DNA from: Beijerinckiaceae bacterium
GTDB lineage: Bacteria; Pseudomonadota; Alphaproteobacteria; Rhizobiales; Beijerinckiaceae
Length of the DNA: 64,000 nucleotides
Assembly (NCBI GenBank): GCA_947452455.1
Contig: CANGBX010000011.1
Span: 2,188-66,187 of the forward strand
Direction: 5' to 3'
Numbering within the stretch: the stretch's first letter is position 1; every line of letters starts with the position of its first letter. Of the stretch, positions 1 through 11,453 are shown piece by piece. The position numbers and the translations under genes were made by a program. The notes below the pieces were generated by a model. The model was given only the letters and a program-made list of their open reading frames with translations, did no database searches and was not told the origin of the DNA.

Positions 1-159
1 GGCGCAGTCCCCGGCACCGCTGGCGGCTATATCTTCGTGCGCGATGCCATCAAGAAGGCACTCCCCAAGGATGTGCCGCTTCCCGGAAAATTCCGTATTG
101 CCGGTGGCAATGCGGAAGTGGCTGCACCTGCTGCAGCTGAAGAACAGCAGGAGGGCTAA
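1..159 (+). CDS. rplC: 50S ribosomal protein L3, 3' end (partial)
   Basis: Frame 1 reads [22 protein letters not shown]...EQQEG*, the L3 C-terminal motif, directly upstream of rplD. Confidence 0.93.
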   Translation, partial: GAVPGTAGGYIFVRDAIKKALPKDVPLPGKFRIAGGNAEVAAPAAAEEQQEG

Positions 160-162
160 GCC

Positions 163-783
163 GTGAAGTTCGACGTCACGTCTTTTGACGGCAAGTCCGC
201 CGGTTCGATCGATCTCAACGACGAGATCTTCGGTCTGGAACCTCGCCAGGATCTCATTGCCCGCATGGTGCGCTATCAGCTCGCCAAGCGTCGCGCTGGT
301 ACGCATGCGGTGAAGAACCGCGCGGACATCGCGCGTACGGGCAAGAAAATGTACAAGCAGAAGGGCACTGGCGGCGCCCGTCACGGTTCGGCACGCGTGC
401 CGCAGTTCCGTGGTGGTGGTCGCGCTTTCGGTCCGGTCGTGCGCTCGCATGCGCATGATCTGCCCAAGAAGGTGCGCGCTCTGGCTCTGCGCCATGCGCT
501 CTCCGCCAAGCTCAAGGATGGTGGCATTGTCATCTGGGATAAAGCCCAGCTCGACGCCGCCAAGACCAAGGTGCTGAAGGACCAGTTCGCCAAGGCGGGC
601 ATGGTTTCGGCTCTGATCATTGATGGTTCGGACGTGCAGGACAATTTCGCTCTTGCCGCTCGCAACATCCCCCACATCGACGTGCTGCCGATCGAAGGCA
701 TCAACGTCTATGACATTCTTCGCCGCGAGAAGCTCGTGCTGACCAAGGCGGCCGTTGATGCGCTGGAGGCGCGATTCAAATGA
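163..783 (+). CDS. rplD: 50S ribosomal protein L4
   Basis: [12 protein letters not shown]...RGGGRAFGP motif; GTG start; S10 operon position. Confidence 0.98.
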   Translation: MKFDVTSFDGKSAGSIDLNDEIFGLEPRQDLIARMVRYQLAKRRAGTHAVKNRADIARTGKKMYKQKGTGGARHGSARVPQFRGGGRAFGPVVRSHAHDLPKKVRALALRHALSAKLKDGGIVIWDKAQLDAAKTKVLKDQFAKAGMVSALIIDGSDVQDNFALAARNIPHIDVLPIEGINVYDILRREKLVLTKAAVDALEARFK

Positions 784-1088
784 GCCAGGCGCGGAACCAG
801 GACGCACGTCATTACGACGTGATCGTCGCTCCGGTGATCACCGAAAAGGCGACCTTTGCCTCCGAGCAAAACAAGGTCGTTTTCAAGGTCGCCAAGAATG
901 CGACAAAGCCGCAGATCAAGGCCGCCGTCGAACGTCTGTTCGATGTGAAGGTCGAGAGCGTCAACACGCTCGTCCGCAAAGGTAAGAACAAGGTGTTCCG
1001 CGGCGTGCGCGGCACCCAGTCTGACGTCAAAAAAGCGGTCGTGACCCTCGCCGAGGGCCACAAGATCGACGTGACGACCGGTCTGTAA
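780..1088 (+). CDS. rplW: 50S ribosomal protein L23
   Basis: PVITEKA...[10 protein letters not shown] motifs; operon order. Confidence 0.98.
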   Translation: MSQARNQDARHYDVIVAPVITEKATFASEQNKVVFKVAKNATKPQIKAAVERLFDVKVESVNTLVRKGKNKVFRGVRGTQSDVKKAVVTLAEGHKIDVTTGL

Positions 1089-1103
1089 GAGGGGTTCGGA
1101 ACA

Positions 1104-1943
1104 ATGGCACTGAAGACATTCAAGCCGGTCACTCCGGGCCTTCGCCAGCTGGTGATCGTCGACCGTAGCGAGCTCTACAAGGGCAAGCCGGTCAAGGCGT
1201 TGACTGAAGGCAAGCACTCGTCGGGTGGTCGTAACAACAATGGCCGCATCACGGTTCGTTTCCGTGGTGGTGGTCACAAGCGCACCTATCGTCTCATCGA
1301 CTTCAAGCGTCGCAAGCTTGATATGGCCGCGAAGGTCGAGCGTTTGGAATATGATCCGAACCGTTCGGCATTCATCGCGCTGATCAAATATGCCGATGGT
1401 GAATTGTCCTACATCCTCGCTCCGCAGCGTTTGTCTGTCGGCGATGAAGTGATCGCGGGCAATCAGGTCGACGTGAAGCCCGGCAATGCCATGCCGCTGT
1501 CGAACATTCCGGTGGGCACGATCGTGCACAACGTTGAAATGAAGATCGGCAAGGGCGGCGCCATGGCGCGCTCGGCTGGCACTTACGCGCAGATCGTGGG
1601 TCGCGACCAGGGTTACGTCATCCTGCGTCTCAACTCGGGTGAGCAGCGTCTCATTCACGGCCAGTGCTTCGGTTCCATCGGCGCTGTGTCGAACCCTGAT
1701 CACATGAACACCTCGCTGGGCAAGGCAGGTCGTTCACGTTGGCTCGGTCGCATGCCGCATAACCGCGGCGTCACCATGAACCCTGTTGACCATCCGCACG
1801 GCGGTGGTGAAGGCCGCACCTCGGGTGGCCGTCATCCGGTCACACCATGGGGCAAGCCGACCAAGGGCAAGAAGACACGCTCTAACAAGTCGACGACGAA
1901 GTTCATCGTGACCTCGCGTCACAAGAGCAAGAAGAAGGGCTAA
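1104..1943 (+). CDS. rplB: 50S ribosomal protein L2
   Basis: [17 protein letters not shown] signature. Confidence 0.99.
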   Translation: MALKTFKPVTPGLRQLVIVDRSELYKGKPVKALTEGKHSSGGRNNNGRITVRFRGGGHKRTYRLIDFKRRKLDMAAKVERLEYDPNRSAFIALIKYADGELSYILAPQRLSVGDEVIAGNQVDVKPGNAMPLSNIPVGTIVHNVEMKIGKGGAMARSAGTYAQIVGRDQGYVILRLNSGEQRLIHGQCFGSIGAVSNPDHMNTSLGKAGRSRWLGRMPHNRGVTMNPVDHPHGGGEGRTSGGRHPVTPWGKPTKGKKTRSNKSTTKFIVTSRHKSKKKG

Positions 1944-1946
1944 TCC

Positions 1947-2225
1947 ATGGCACGTTCGATCTGGAAGGGCCCGTTCGTCGACGGTTATCTGCTCAAGAAG
2001 GCAGAGACCTCGCGCGCTTCGGGACGCTCGGAAGTCATCAAGATCTGGAGCCGTCGCTCCACGATCCTGCCGCAGTTCGTGGGTCTCACGTTCGGCGTCT
2101 ACAACGGTCAGAAGCATGTGCCGGTCAATGTGACCGAAGACATGATCGGCCATAAGTTCGGCGAATTCTCTCCGACGCGCACCTATCATGGTCACGCAGC
2201 GGACAAGAAGGCGAAGAGGGGCTAA
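1947..2225 (+). CDS. rpsS: 30S ribosomal protein S19
   Basis: [12 protein letters not shown]...[11 protein letters not shown]. Confidence 0.99.
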   Translation: MARSIWKGPFVDGYLLKKAETSRASGRSEVIKIWSRRSTILPQFVGLTFGVYNGQKHVPVNVTEDMIGHKFGEFSPTRTYHGHAADKKAKRG

Positions 2226-2226
2226 A

Positions 2227-2616
2227 ATGTCGAAGACAAAAACTCCCCGCGCATTGAAGGACAATGAAGCCAAGTGTGTTGCACGCATGTTGCGTGTCAG
2301 CCCGCAGAAGCTGAACCTTCTCGCCCAGCTCATTCGCGGCAAGAAGGTCGAGACGGCTCTGGCCGACCTCGAATTCTCGCGCAAGCGTATCTCTGTTGAA
2401 GTTCGTAAGGCTTTGCAGAGCGCGATTGCCAATGCTGAAAACAACCACAGCCTGGACGTCGATGATCTCGTCGTCGCGGAAGCCCATGTCGGCAAGGCGC
2501 TTGTCATGAAGCGTTTCAGCCCGCGTGCACGCGGTCGCGCCGGTCGGATCGAGAAGCCTTTCTCGAATCTGACGATCGTCGTGCGCGAAGTGCAAGCTGC
2601 CGCTGCCAAGGCCTGA
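2227..2616 (+). CDS. rplV: 50S ribosomal protein L22
   Basis: [16 protein letters not shown]...PRARGRA; start moved to ATG 2227 just after the rpsS stop. Confidence 0.97.
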   Translation: MSKTKTPRALKDNEAKCVARMLRVSPQKLNLLAQLIRGKKVETALADLEFSRKRISVEVRKALQSAIANAENNHSLDVDDLVVAEAHVGKALVMKRFSPRARGRAGRIEKPFSNLTIVVREVQAAAAKA

Positions 2617-2626
2617 GGAGAGAACG

Positions 2627-3349
2627 ATGGGTCAGAAAGTCAATCCGATCGGGCTTCGCCTCGGCATCAACCGTACCTGGGATTCCCGCTGGTACGCCGG
2701 CAAGGGCGAATATGCCAAGCTGCTCCATGAAGACCTCGCGATCCGCGCGGCTCTCATGAAGGCGCTGAAGCAGGCTGCCGTTTCCAAGATCATCATCGAG
2801 CGTCCGCACAAGAAGTGCCGCGTCACGATCCAGTCGGCTCGTCCGGGTGTGGTCATCGGCAAGAAGGGCGCGGACATCGACAAGATCCGCAAGCTCGTCG
2901 CCAAGCTGACGGACTCGGAAGTCGTCATCAACATCGTCGAAATTCGCAAGCCCGAAATCGATGCGACGCTGGTGGCGGATTCGATTGCCCAGCAGCTCGA
3001 GCGCCGCGTGGCTTTCCGTCGCGCCATGAAGCGTGCGGTTCAGTCCGCCATGCGTCTTGGCGCTGAGGGCATCCGCATCAACTGCTCGGGTCGTCTGGGC
3101 GGTGCGGAAATCGCCCGTCTCGAATGGTACCGCGAAGGTCGCGTGCCGCTGCACACGCTGCGCGCCGACGTTGACTATGGTGTCGGCACGGCCCACACGG
3201 CCTACGGCACTTGCGGCATCAAGGTCTGGATCTTCAAGGGCGAAATCCTTGAGCACGATCCAATGGCCCAGGACAAGAAATTGGCCGAAGCTGATCATTC
3301 TGGCAGTGGTAACGAGCGCCGTCCGCGCCGTGACCGCGACGCCGCCTGA
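2627..3349 (+). CDS. rpsC: 30S ribosomal protein S3
   Basis: [13 protein letters not shown]...[14 protein letters not shown]. Confidence 0.99.
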   Translation: MGQKVNPIGLRLGINRTWDSRWYAGKGEYAKLLHEDLAIRAALMKALKQAAVSKIIIERPHKKCRVTIQSARPGVVIGKKGADIDKIRKLVAKLTDSEVVINIVEIRKPEIDATLVADSIAQQLERRVAFRRAMKRAVQSAMRLGAEGIRINCSGRLGGAEIARLEWYREGRVPLHTLRADVDYGVGTAHTAYGTCGIKVWIFKGEILEHDPMAQDKKLAEADHSGSGNERRPRRDRDAA

Positions 3350-3381
3350 GGCAACGGACCTAACAGACAAGAGCCAAGATC

Positions 3382-3795
3382 ATGTTGCAACCTAAGCGCA
3401 CGAAGTTCCGCAAAGCCTTCAAGGGTCGCATTAAGGGCGCCTCGAAGGGCGGTTTTGAGTTGAACTTCGGTCAGTTCGGCCTTAAGGCCATGGAGCCGGA
3501 GCGGATTACTGCCCGGCAGATCGAAGCGGCCCGCCGCGCCATGACGCGTCATATGAAGCGTGCTGGCCGTGTGTGGATCCGGGTGTTCCCGGATGTGCCG
3601 GTTTCCAAGAAGCCGACCGAAGTCCGAATGGGTAAAGGCAAGGGCGCTCCCGAATTGTGGGCCGCGCGCGTTGCACCCGGTCGTATCATGTTTGAAATCG
3701 ACGGCGTGCCGCTCGATGTCGCGCGTGAAGCGATGATCCTTGCGGCGGCCAAGCTGCCGATCAAGACGCGCTTCATCCAGCGCATCGCAGAGTAA
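3382..3795 (+). CDS. rplP: 50S ribosomal protein L16
   Basis: [11 protein letters not shown]...EVRMGKGKG. Confidence 0.99.
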   Translation: MLQPKRTKFRKAFKGRIKGASKGGFELNFGQFGLKAMEPERITARQIEAARRAMTRHMKRAGRVWIRVFPDVPVSKKPTEVRMGKGKGAPELWAARVAPGRIMFEIDGVPLDVAREAMILAAAKLPIKTRFIQRIAE

Positions 3796-3810
3796 GAGGG
3801 GACTGAACAG

Positions 3811-4023
3811 ATGAAGTCGAAGCAGCGCCTCTCGGACATCAAGTCAATGACCGAAGATCAGCTCGGGGACGAAGTCCTCAAGCTGAAGAAGGAACAGTTC
3901 AACCTGCGCTTCCAGCGCGCCACGGGCCAGCTCGAGAACACCTCGCGCGTCCGCATCGTGCGTCGCGAAATCGCGCAGGCCAAGACGATCGCCGCGCAGA
4001 AGCGCGACGCCGCCAAGAAGTAA
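3811..4023 (+). CDS. rpmC: 50S ribosomal protein L29
   Basis: [17 protein letters not shown] motif. Confidence 0.98.
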   Translation: MKSKQRLSDIKSMTEDQLGDEVLKLKKEQFNLRFQRATGQLENTSRVRIVRREIAQAKTIAAQKRDAAKK

Positions 4024-4033
4024 GGGCCAAGCA

Positions 4034-4273
4034 ATGCCGAAGCGTATTCTCCAAGGCGTCGTTGTCAGCGACAAGCAGGAAAAGACCATCGTCGTGAAGG
4101 TCGAACGTCGTTTTACGCATCCTCTTCTGAAGAAGACGGTGCGTCGTTCGAAGAACTACCACGCGCACGATGAGAACAAGTCATTCAAGGTCGGTGACCA
4201 GGTTTCGATTGAAGAAACCAAGCCGATCTCGAAATTGAAGCGTTGGGTTGTGGTCGGCGGCGAAGCCAAGTAA
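4034..4273 (+). CDS. rpsQ: 30S ribosomal protein S17
   Basis: [14 protein letters not shown]...[11 protein letters not shown]. Confidence 0.98.
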   Translation: MPKRILQGVVVSDKQEKTIVVKVERRFTHPLLKKTVRRSKNYHAHDENKSFKVGDQVSIEETKPISKLKRWVVVGGEAK

Positions 4274-4393
4274 AAGCCGATCCCAATTCGAGTAGATGAG
4301 CGAGGGGGCTCTCACGAGCCCCTTCAGACGTAGTCCGGACCGAAAGCAAGGCGCTAGAGGCCGGAAACCGATCTGAGAAGAAAGGCGCATGCC

Positions 4394-4762
4394 ATGATTC
4401 AGATGCAGACCAACCTCGACGTGGCCGATAATTCCGGCGCACGCCGCGTGATGTGCATCAAGGTGCTCGGCGGTTCCAAGCGGAAATACGCCGGAGTTGG
4501 CGACATTATTGTCGTTTCCATCAAAGAAGCCATTCCGCGCGGCCGCGTGAAGAAGGGCGATGTCATGAAGGCTGTCGTTGTACGCACAGCCAAGGACATT
4601 CGTCGTTCCGACGGTTCCGTGATCCGTTTCGATTCCAATGCGGCCGTTCTGATCAACAATCAGAAAGAGCCTGTTGGCACCCGTATCTTCGGGCCGGTTC
4701 CGCGCGAGCTTCGCGCCAAGAACCACATGAAGATCATTTCGCTCGCGCCGGAGGTTTTGTAA
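4394..4762 (+). CDS. rplN: 50S ribosomal protein L14
   Basis: [16 protein letters not shown]...[10 protein letters not shown]. Confidence 0.99.
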   Translation: MIQMQTNLDVADNSGARRVMCIKVLGGSKRKYAGVGDIIVVSIKEAIPRGRVKKGDVMKAVVVRTAKDIRRSDGSVIRFDSNAAVLINNQKEPVGTRIFGPVPRELRAKNHMKIISLAPEVL

Positions 4763-5079
4763 TGGCTGCGAAGATTAAGAAGGGCGACAAAGTCGTCGTT
4801 CTCGCCGGCCGCGACAAGGGCCGCTCCGGCGAAGTGCTGCAGGTCATTCCTGCCGAGGGTCGCGCAGTCGTGCGTGGCGTCAACCTCGTGAAGCGTCACA
4901 CCCGCCAGACTGCGCAGACAGAAGGTGGCATCATCTCGAAAGAGGCGACCATCGACCTGTCGAACCTCGCTATTGCCGATCCCAAGGATGGCAAGGCATC
5001 GCGCGTCGGCTTCAAAGTTCTCGACGACGGCCGCAAGGTTCGCGTCGCTAAGCGTTCCGGAGAGATGATCGATGGCTGA
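4762..5079 (+). CDS. rplX: 50S ribosomal protein L24
   Basis: [23 protein letters not shown] motif; ATG at 4762 overlaps the rplN stop (the track's longer 4453 start is spurious). Confidence 0.97.
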   Translation: MAAKIKKGDKVVVLAGRDKGRSGEVLQVIPAEGRAVVRGVNLVKRHTRQTAQTEGGIISKEATIDLSNLAIADPKDGKASRVGFKVLDDGRKVRVAKRSGEMIDG

Positions 5080-5716
5080 GGTTCAATCAGGCAAGGTTGC
5101 CAAGACCAAGGCCACAAAAGCCGTTCCGTCGGCTGATCTGGCCACCGCCGCCCAGCTCGTTGTGCCGCGCGACTACATTCCTCGTATGCGCAAGCATTAC
5201 GATGAAGTCGTTCGTCCTGCGATGATCGAGCAGTTCGGTTACAAGAACCCCATGGAAGTTCCGAACATCGAAAAGATTGTTCTGAACATGGGTGTGGGCG
5301 AAGCCGTCAACGACACCAAGAAGGTGACGATTGCTGCCGGCGATCTCGCATTGATTGCTGGCCAGAAGCCGGTCATCACGCGCGCCCGCAACGCGATCTC
5401 GACCTTCAAGGTCCGCGAAAATATGCCGATCGGCGCGAAGGTCACTCTGCGCAAGATCCGCATGTATGAATTCATTGACCGCCTGGTCACGATTGCGCTG
5501 CCGCGCATTCGCGACTTCCGCGGCCTGAACCCGAAGTCGTTTGACGGCCGTGGCAACTTCGCCATGGGCATCAAGGAACATCTCGTGTTCCCTGAAATCG
5601 ACTACGACAAGGCTGAATCTGTTTTGGGCATGGACATCATCGTATGCACCACGGCCAAGACTGACGACGAGGCGCGCGCACTCCTGCGTGCGTTCAACTT
5701 CCCGTTCCGGCAGTGA
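5072..5716 (+). CDS. rplE: 50S ribosomal protein L5 with N-terminal extension
   Basis: [11 protein letters not shown]...SFDGRGNF...GMDI motifs; GGAGAG Shine-Dalgarno 7 nt before ATG 5072. Confidence 0.98.
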   Translation: MAEVQSGKVAKTKATKAVPSADLATAAQLVVPRDYIPRMRKHYDEVVRPAMIEQFGYKNPMEVPNIEKIVLNMGVGEAVNDTKKVTIAAGDLALIAGQKPVITRARNAISTFKVRENMPIGAKVTLRKIRMYEFIDRLVTIALPRIRDFRGLNPKSFDGRGNFAMGIKEHLVFPEIDYDKAESVLGMDIIVCTTAKTDDEARALLRAFNFPFRQ

Positions 5717-5751
5717 GATAACAGTCTCATACGCGGAGACCAGAGGTAACC

Positions 5752-6057
5752 ATGGCTAAAAAGAGCTCGATCGAAAAGAACAAGCGTCGCGAGAAGCTGG
5801 TGAAGCAATTCGCCGGTCGTCGTGCACGCCTGAAGGCGATCGCCAATGATGAATCGTTGAGCATGGATGAGCGCTTCGCTGCTCGTCTGAAGCTTGCCGA
5901 ACTCCCGCGCAACTCGTCCGCTGGACGCGTGCGTAACCGCTGCGAAGTGTCGGGGCGTCCGCGCGCCGTCTATCGCAAGATGAAGATGTCGCGCATCGCC
6001 GTGCGTGAACTTGGCTCCAAGGGTCTTGTGCCCGGCCTCGTCAAGTCGAGCTGGTAA
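5752..6057 (+). CDS. rpsN: 30S ribosomal protein S14 (101 aa, form lacking the zinc ribbon)
   Basis: [13 protein letters not shown]...GLVKSSW. Confidence 0.98.
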   Translation: MAKKSSIEKNKRREKLVKQFAGRRARLKAIANDESLSMDERFAARLKLAELPRNSSAGRVRNRCEVSGRPRAVYRKMKMSRIAVRELGSKGLVPGLVKSSW

Positions 6058-6071
6058 GGGGAGGCATTCCG

Positions 6072-6464
6072 ATGAACGATCCATTGGGCGATATGCTCAC
6101 CCGTATTCGTAATGCGCAGATGCGCCGCAAGGGCAAGGTGTCGACACCTGGTTCGCGGCTGCGTGCGCATGTGCTCGAAGTTCTGGCGCAGGAAGGCTAC
6201 ATCCGTGGCTATTCCCAGACGGACTTCGGCAATGGCCGTACCGAGTTCGAAATCGAACTCAAGTACCATGAAGGCCAGCCGGTCATTCGCCAGATCGAGC
6301 GCGTCTCGAAGCCTGGCCGCCGTGTTTACTCCGCTGTTGATGCCATGCCGCGTGTTGCGAATGGCCTCGGCATTACCATCATTTCGACTCCCAAGGGCGT
6401 GATGGCCGACCACTCTGCACGTGAGCAGAATGTGGGCGGCGAAGTGCTCTGCCGGGTCTTCTAA
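6072..6464 (+). CDS. rpsH: 30S ribosomal protein S8
   Basis: [13 protein letters not shown]...SKPGRRVY...GGEVLC. Confidence 0.99.
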   Translation: MNDPLGDMLTRIRNAQMRRKGKVSTPGSRLRAHVLEVLAQEGYIRGYSQTDFGNGRTEFEIELKYHEGQPVIRQIERVSKPGRRVYSAVDAMPRVANGLGITIISTPKGVMADHSAREQNVGGEVLCRVF

Positions 6465-6481
6465 CCAGAACGAGGGAAAAA

Positions 6482-7015
6482 ATGTCTCGAGTCGGAAAGA
6501 AGCCCGTTGCCGTGCCGGCTGGTGTCACCGCTAAGGTTGATGGCCAGGCCGTGTCCGTGAAGGGCGCCAAGGGTGAACTGCGTTTCGTCGTTCCTGACGA
6601 TGTCAATGTGAAGCTCGAAAACAATGCGATCATCGTCGATCCGCGTGCGGAATCGAAGCGTGCGCGTGCCATGTGGGGCATGTCGCGTTCGATGATCAAC
6701 AATCTCGTGACCGGCGTCACCGCCGGCTTCACCAAGACGCTCGAAATCACGGGCGTTGGCTACAAAGCTGCTGTTGCTGGCAAGAACCTGCAATTGTCGC
6801 TCGGTTTCAGCCATGAAGTCCTCTATCCGATCCCGGCTGGCGTGACGATCGTGACTCCGAAGCCGACGGAAATCACCATCTCGGGCGCAGACAAGCGTCA
6901 GGTTGGTCAGGTTGCTGCCGAGATCCGTTCGTATCGTGGTCCTGAGCCTTACAAGGGCAAGGGCGTGCGTTACTCGGATGAGTTCATCTTCCGTAAGGAA
7001 GGCAAGAAGAAGTAA
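6482..7015 (+). CDS. rplF: 50S ribosomal protein L6
   Basis: MSRVGKKPV...[11 protein letters not shown]. Confidence 0.99.
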   Translation: MSRVGKKPVAVPAGVTAKVDGQAVSVKGAKGELRFVVPDDVNVKLENNAIIVDPRAESKRARAMWGMSRSMINNLVTGVTAGFTKTLEITGVGYKAAVAGKNLQLSLGFSHEVLYPIPAGVTIVTPKPTEITISGADKRQVGQVAAEIRSYRGPEPYKGKGVRYSDEFIFRKEGKKK

Positions 7016-7027
7016 GGAGAGGCCGCG

Positions 7028-7390
7028 ATGGCTAAGGATAATCAGGCTCTCGCCCGCCGTAAGGCGCGCGTTCGCCGTTCGATCCGCGCGCGTGCCTATG
7101 GCAAGCCGCGTCTGTCTGTGTTTCGCTCGTCGAAGCAGATCTATGCGCAGATCATTGACGACGAGAAGGGTGCAACACTCGTTGCCGCTTCTTCGCTCGA
7201 AAAAGATCAGCGTTCGGCTCTGAAGACCGGTGCTGACACGGCTGCTGCTAAGGCCATCGGCAAGTTGATTGCCGAGCGTGCGAAGAAGGCTGGCATTAGC
7301 CAGGTCGTCTTCGACCGTGGCGCTTACATGTACCATGGCCGCGTCAAGGCGCTGGCTGAAGGTGCGCGTGAAGGCGGTCTTGAATTCTAA
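7028..7390 (+). CDS. rplR: 50S ribosomal protein L18
   Basis: [15 protein letters not shown]...[16 protein letters not shown]. Confidence 0.99.
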   Translation: MAKDNQALARRKARVRRSIRARAYGKPRLSVFRSSKQIYAQIIDDEKGATLVAASSLEKDQRSALKTGADTAAAKAIGKLIAERAKKAGISQVVFDRGAYMYHGRVKALAEGAREGGLEF

Positions 7391-7478
7391 TCTCTCCGGG
7401 GCGCGTTCTGCGCTCCGGCGATTTCTCGAAGCGAGCGGTTTTGCCTTTTGCAAACCGCGCAAGTGACGGAATAGAAAA

Positions 7479-8057
7479 ATGGCTCGTGAAGGTGAAGGCG
7501 GTCGCGGTCGCGATCGTCATAACAACGAAGAGCGCGACAGCGAATTCGTGGACCGCTTGGTCCACATCAATCGCGTTGCGAAAGTTGTGAAGGGTGGTCG
7601 TCGCTTTGGCTTCGCCGCTCTGGTTGTCGTCGGTGACCAGAAGGGTCGCGTTGGTTTCGGTCACGGCAAGGCCCGTGAAGTGCCGGAAGCCATCCGCAAG
7701 GCGACGGAAGCCGCCAAGCGCGCGCTGATCCGCGTGCCGCTGCGCGAAGGTCGCACATTGCATCATGACGTTGCTGGTCGCCACGGCGCTGGCCGCGTGT
7801 TCCTGCGTGCAGCGCCTGCTGGTACCGGCATCATCGCCGGCGGCCCGATGCGCGCTGTTTTCGAAACGCTCGGCATGCATGACGTTGTCGCCAAGTCGCA
7901 AGGTTCTTCGAACCCCTACAACATGGTGCGCGCAACGTTCGACGCTCTGAAGCGCGAAGATTCGCCCCGTTCCGTTGCGGCTCGCCGCAATTTGAAAGTG
8001 TCCACGCTCCAGTCACGCCGTCCTGGCGCTGATGCGGATGCGGGCGCTGAAGCCTGA
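7479..8057 (+). CDS. rpsE: 30S ribosomal protein S5
   Basis: [14 protein letters not shown]...[13 protein letters not shown]. Confidence 0.99.
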   Translation: MAREGEGGRGRDRHNNEERDSEFVDRLVHINRVAKVVKGGRRFGFAALVVVGDQKGRVGFGHGKAREVPEAIRKATEAAKRALIRVPLREGRTLHHDVAGRHGAGRVFLRAAPAGTGIIAGGPMRAVFETLGMHDVVAKSQGSSNPYNMVRATFDALKREDSPRSVAARRNLKVSTLQSRRPGADADAGAEA

Positions 8058-8074
8058 TCGGGAGGGTTTTGACA

Positions 8075-8275
8075 ATGGCAAAAGCCTCCGCAAAGAAGAC
8101 CATCACTGTTGAGCAATTTGCCAGCGTGATTGGTCGTTCAAACGATCAGCGTCAGACGCTCGTAGGTTTGGGCTTGAACAAGATCGGCCGTCGCAAGGCT
8201 TTGGAGGATACTCCGGCTGTGCGTGGCATGATCGCGAAAGTCGCGCATCTCGTGCGCGTCGTCGAAGGCCAGTGA
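8075..8275 (+). CDS. rpmD: 50S ribosomal protein L30
   Basis: [13 protein letters not shown]...DTPAVRGMI; ATG 8075 follows GGAGGG. Confidence 0.96.
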   Translation: MAKASAKKTITVEQFASVIGRSNDQRQTLVGLGLNKIGRRKALEDTPAVRGMIAKVAHLVRVVEGQ

Positions 8276-8287
8276 GGAGCACTTAAG

Positions 8288-8767
8288 ATGAAACTCAACG
8301 GCATTTCCGACAATCCCGGTTCTTCCAAGAAGCGTCTGCGCATCGGCCGTGGTATCGGCTCGGGCATGGGCAAGCAGGGTGGTCGCGGTGGCAAGGGCCA
8401 GACGGCTCGTTCCGGCGTGCGCATCAAGGGCTTCGAAGGCGGTCAGATGCCTCTGCATCGTCGTCTCCCGAAGCGCGGCTTCACCAACATTTTCGCGCTT
8501 GAATATAACGAAGTGAACCTCGGCCGCCTTCAACAGGCGTTTGAGGCTGGCAAGCTCGATGCGGGCAAGCCTGTCACGATCGAAGCGCTTGTTGCTGCTG
8601 GCGTGTGCACCCATCCTCGCGACGGCGTGAAAATTCTCGGCTCCGGCGAGATCAAGGTGAAGGCCAATTTCGAAGTCGCCAAGGCTTCGAAGACCGCCGT
8701 CGCCGCGATCGAAAAAGCTGGCGGCTCGGTGAAGCTTCTCGAAGCTGCAGTCGAAGCCAGCGCCTGA
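8288..8767 (+). CDS. rplO: 50S ribosomal protein L15
   Basis: [24 protein letters not shown]...[17 protein letters not shown]. Confidence 0.99.
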   Translation: MKLNGISDNPGSSKKRLRIGRGIGSGMGKQGGRGGKGQTARSGVRIKGFEGGQMPLHRRLPKRGFTNIFALEYNEVNLGRLQQAFEAGKLDAGKPVTIEALVAAGVCTHPRDGVKILGSGEIKVKANFEVAKASKTAVAAIEKAGGSVKLLEAAVEASA

Positions 8768-8913
8768 AGCAAATGACACCTGACGAAGGTGTGATGCGCT
8801 TCACCACTTGATCCCGAGCGGGGCGAGGATGAAAATCCTCCAGCCCCGCTTGTCATGTTCAGACCTTGAATTGAAAAGCGTGGGGCCTGGCCGCGCGCAT
8901 CCGGAGTGCTTTC

Positions 8914-10248
8914 ATGGCATCGGCAGCCGAACAGCTTGCAGCGAACATCAACTTCTCAGCGATCGGGAAGTCTGAAGAACTCATGAAGCGGATCTGGTTC
9001 ACGCTGGGCGCGCTGGTTGTTTATCGTCTGGGTACTTACATTCCGCTGCCCGGTATTGATCCGGCGGCGTTTGAAGCGAGCTTTACGGGCAAGCAGCAAG
9101 GCGTGCTCGAATTGTTCAACATGTTCGCGGGCGGCGCTGTGCAGCGCATGGCGATCTTTGCCTTGAACATCATGCCGTATATTTCGGCCTCGATTATCAT
9201 CCAGCTTTTGTCTTCGGTTCTTCCTTCGCTTGAAGCGATCAAGAAAGAAGGCGAATCCGGCCGCAAGCTTCTCAATCAATATACGCGCTATCTGACGGTG
9301 TTTCTCGCCATCTTCCAGGCCTATGGCATTGCGATCGGTCTTGAAGGTCAGACGGGCGTTGTATCTGATCCGGGCTGGTTCTTCCGCATTTCGACCGTGC
9401 TGACTTTGATGGGCGGCACAATGTTCCTGATGTGGTTGGGTGAGCAGATCACCTCGCGCGGCATCGGCAATGGCTCGTCACTGATCATTTTCGCCGGCAT
9501 TGTTGCGGCCTTCCCTGCTGCGATCGTTTCGACATTGGAGCTGGGTCGTCAGGGTGCGATTTCGACAGCGCTGATCCTTGCCGTGATCATCATGTCGGTT
9601 TTTGTGATCGCCTTCATCGTCTTCATGGAACGCGCGCAGCGCCGTCTGCTCATCACCTATCCCAAGCGTCAGGTGGGCAATCGCGTTTATGAAGGACAAA
9701 CATCCTTCTTGCCGCTGAAGCTCAACACGGCCGGCGTGATTCCGCCGATCTTTGCTTCGTCGCTGCTGTTGTTGCCAACGACCATTGCGAGCTTCTCGCA
9801 AGCGCAAGGCGGCACGGGCTTCTTGGCAACCATCACGACCTATCTCGGCCACGGCCGACCGCTTTATATGGTCGTCTATGTGGCGCTGATCGTCTTCTTC
9901 GCCTTCTTCTACACGGCGATTGTCTTCAATCCGACGGAAACGGCGGACAACCTCAAAAAGCATGGCGGCTTTTTGCCGGGCATCCGTCCGGGCGAGCGCA
10001 CAGCGCAATTCATTGATTCCGTGCTCATGAAGATCACGGTTCTGGGTGCGGGCTATCTGGCCATCATCTGTCTCTTACCCGAACTGCTGATTTCCTACGC
10101 AGCGCTGCCGTTCTATTTCGGTGGAACGTCGCTGCTCATCGTTGTGAGCGTCACGATGGATACTGTGGCTCAGGTCCACGGCCATTTGCAGGCGCAGCAA
10201 TATGAGGGGCTCGTGAAGAAGGCGAAGCTGCGCGGGAGAAAGAGATGA
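8914..10248 (+). CDS. secY: Preprotein translocase subunit SecY
   Basis: [30 protein letters not shown] and PGIRPG motifs; about 10 hydrophobic segments. Confidence 0.99.
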   Translation: MASAAEQLAANINFSAIGKSEELMKRIWFTLGALVVYRLGTYIPLPGIDPAAFEASFTGKQQGVLELFNMFAGGAVQRMAIFALNIMPYISASIIIQLLSSVLPSLEAIKKEGESGRKLLNQYTRYLTVFLAIFQAYGIAIGLEGQTGVVSDPGWFFRISTVLTLMGGTMFLMWLGEQITSRGIGNGSSLIIFAGIVAAFPAAIVSTLELGRQGAISTALILAVIIMSVFVIAFIVFMERAQRRLLITYPKRQVGNRVYEGQTSFLPLKLNTAGVIPPIFASSLLLLPTTIASFSQAQGGTGFLATITTYLGHGRPLYMVVYVALIVFFAFFYTAIVFNPTETADNLKKHGGFLPGIRPGERTAQFIDSVLMKITVLGAGYLAIICLLPELLISYAALPFYFGGTSLLIVVSVTMDTVAQVHGHLQAQQYEGLVKKAKLRGRKR

Positions 10249-10826
10249 GGCTGATACTTCTGGGACCGCCGGGTGCTGGCAAAGGAACACAAGCCGCCCG
10301 TCTCGTTGAAACATTCGGCATTCCGCAGCTCTCGACCGGAGACATGCTGCGGGCCGCCGTCAAGGCCGGCACGCCCGTGGGCGTCAAGGCCAAAGCGGTG
10401 ATGGATGCAGGCGGGCTCGTCTCGGACGAGATCGTCGTTGGCATTATCTCGGACCGGATTGAAGAGGCCGATGCCAAGAACGGCTTCATTCTGGATGGTT
10501 TTCCGCGCACGGTTGCCCAAGCCGAAGCGCTGGACAAGCTGCTCTCCCAGAAGCACATGGAACTGGATGCTATCGTCGAGCTGAAGGTAGACGAAGCCGC
10601 GCTGCTGTCGCGTATCGAAAACCGTGCGCGCGAAACGGTCGCCGCTGGCGGCACGGTGCGGGCTGACGACAATCCGGAGGCCTTCAAGGTCCGTCTCGAC
10701 GCCTACCGCGTCCAGACCGCGCCTGTGTCGGCCTATTATGCCTCCAAGGGCACATTGAAGGCCGTGGACGGCATGCTGCCCATCGACGATGTCACCAAGG
10801 CCCTAAACAAGGTTCTGGGCGCCTGA
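10245..10826 (+). CDS. adk: Adenylate kinase (short-LID form)
   Basis: [12 protein letters not shown]-loop, STGDMLR, DGFPRT. Confidence 0.98.
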   Translation: MRLILLGPPGAGKGTQAARLVETFGIPQLSTGDMLRAAVKAGTPVGVKAKAVMDAGGLVSDEIVVGIISDRIEEADAKNGFILDGFPRTVAQAEALDKLLSQKHMELDAIVELKVDEAALLSRIENRARETVAAGGTVRADDNPEAFKVRLDAYRVQTAPVSAYYASKGTLKAVDGMLPIDDVTKALNKVLGA

Positions 10827-10849
10827 GGGCAGGGGTTTTTGAGGGTTTC

Positions 10850-10876
10850 AAAGCCGGGCCATGCGCCCGGCTTTTT
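10850..10876 (+). terminator. Intrinsic terminator after adk
   Basis: aaagccgggc-catgc-gcccggcttttt hairpin with T tract. Confidence 0.8.
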
Positions 10877-10902
10877 CATGGCGCAGAGGGCTTTCTTTGC
10901 GC

Positions 10903-10931
10903 TTGACCCACCTCCGTCCTTCCCCTAGAAG
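10903..10931 (+). promoter_or_regulatory. Putative sigma70 promoter of the alpha operon (rpsM)
   Basis: (c)TTGACC-17 nt-TAGAAG between the adk terminator and rpsM. Confidence 0.55.
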
Positions 10932-11084
10932 ACACTCCTTCACCCGAGACGCGCGCGTTCTTGGGGCCCTGTCTTTGGCAGGGTCGTCCCAAAACGCGTG
11001 GCTCACTCCGCAGAGGCCGGCCTCCACCGGCGCGGAGATCATCAGTCGGCTGCTCTCGGAGCAGCCTCACATGGAGACGGCCAA

Positions 11085-11453
11085 ATGGCTCGTATTGCAG
11101 GCGTAAACATTCCGACCAACAAGCGCGTGATCATTGCGCTTCAGTACATTCACGGCATCGGCGCGAAGAACGCGCAAGAGATCTGTGAAAAGGTCAACAT
11201 CCCGTCCGAGCGTCGCGTTGCTCAGCTCACTGACGCTGAAGTGCTGCAGATTCGTGAAACCATCGACCGTGACTACATGGTCGAAGGCGATCTGCGCCGC
11301 GAAGTTGCGATGAACATCAAGCGTTTGATGGATCTGGGTTGCTATCGCGGCCTGCGTCATCGTCGTCAGCTGCCGGTTCGCGGTCAGCGCACGCACACCA
11401 ATGCGCGTACCCGCAAGGGTAAGGCGAAGCCGATCGCCGGCAAGAAGAAGTAA
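11085..11453 (+). CDS. rpsM: 30S ribosomal protein S13
   Basis: [10 protein letters not shown]...[14 protein letters not shown]; ATG 11085 follows GGAGA. Confidence 0.98.
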   Translation: MARIAGVNIPTNKRVIIALQYIHGIGAKNAQEICEKVNIPSERRVAQLTDAEVLQIRETIDRDYMVEGDLRREVAMNIKRLMDLGCYRGLRHRRQLPVRGQRTHTNARTRKGKAKPIAGKKK

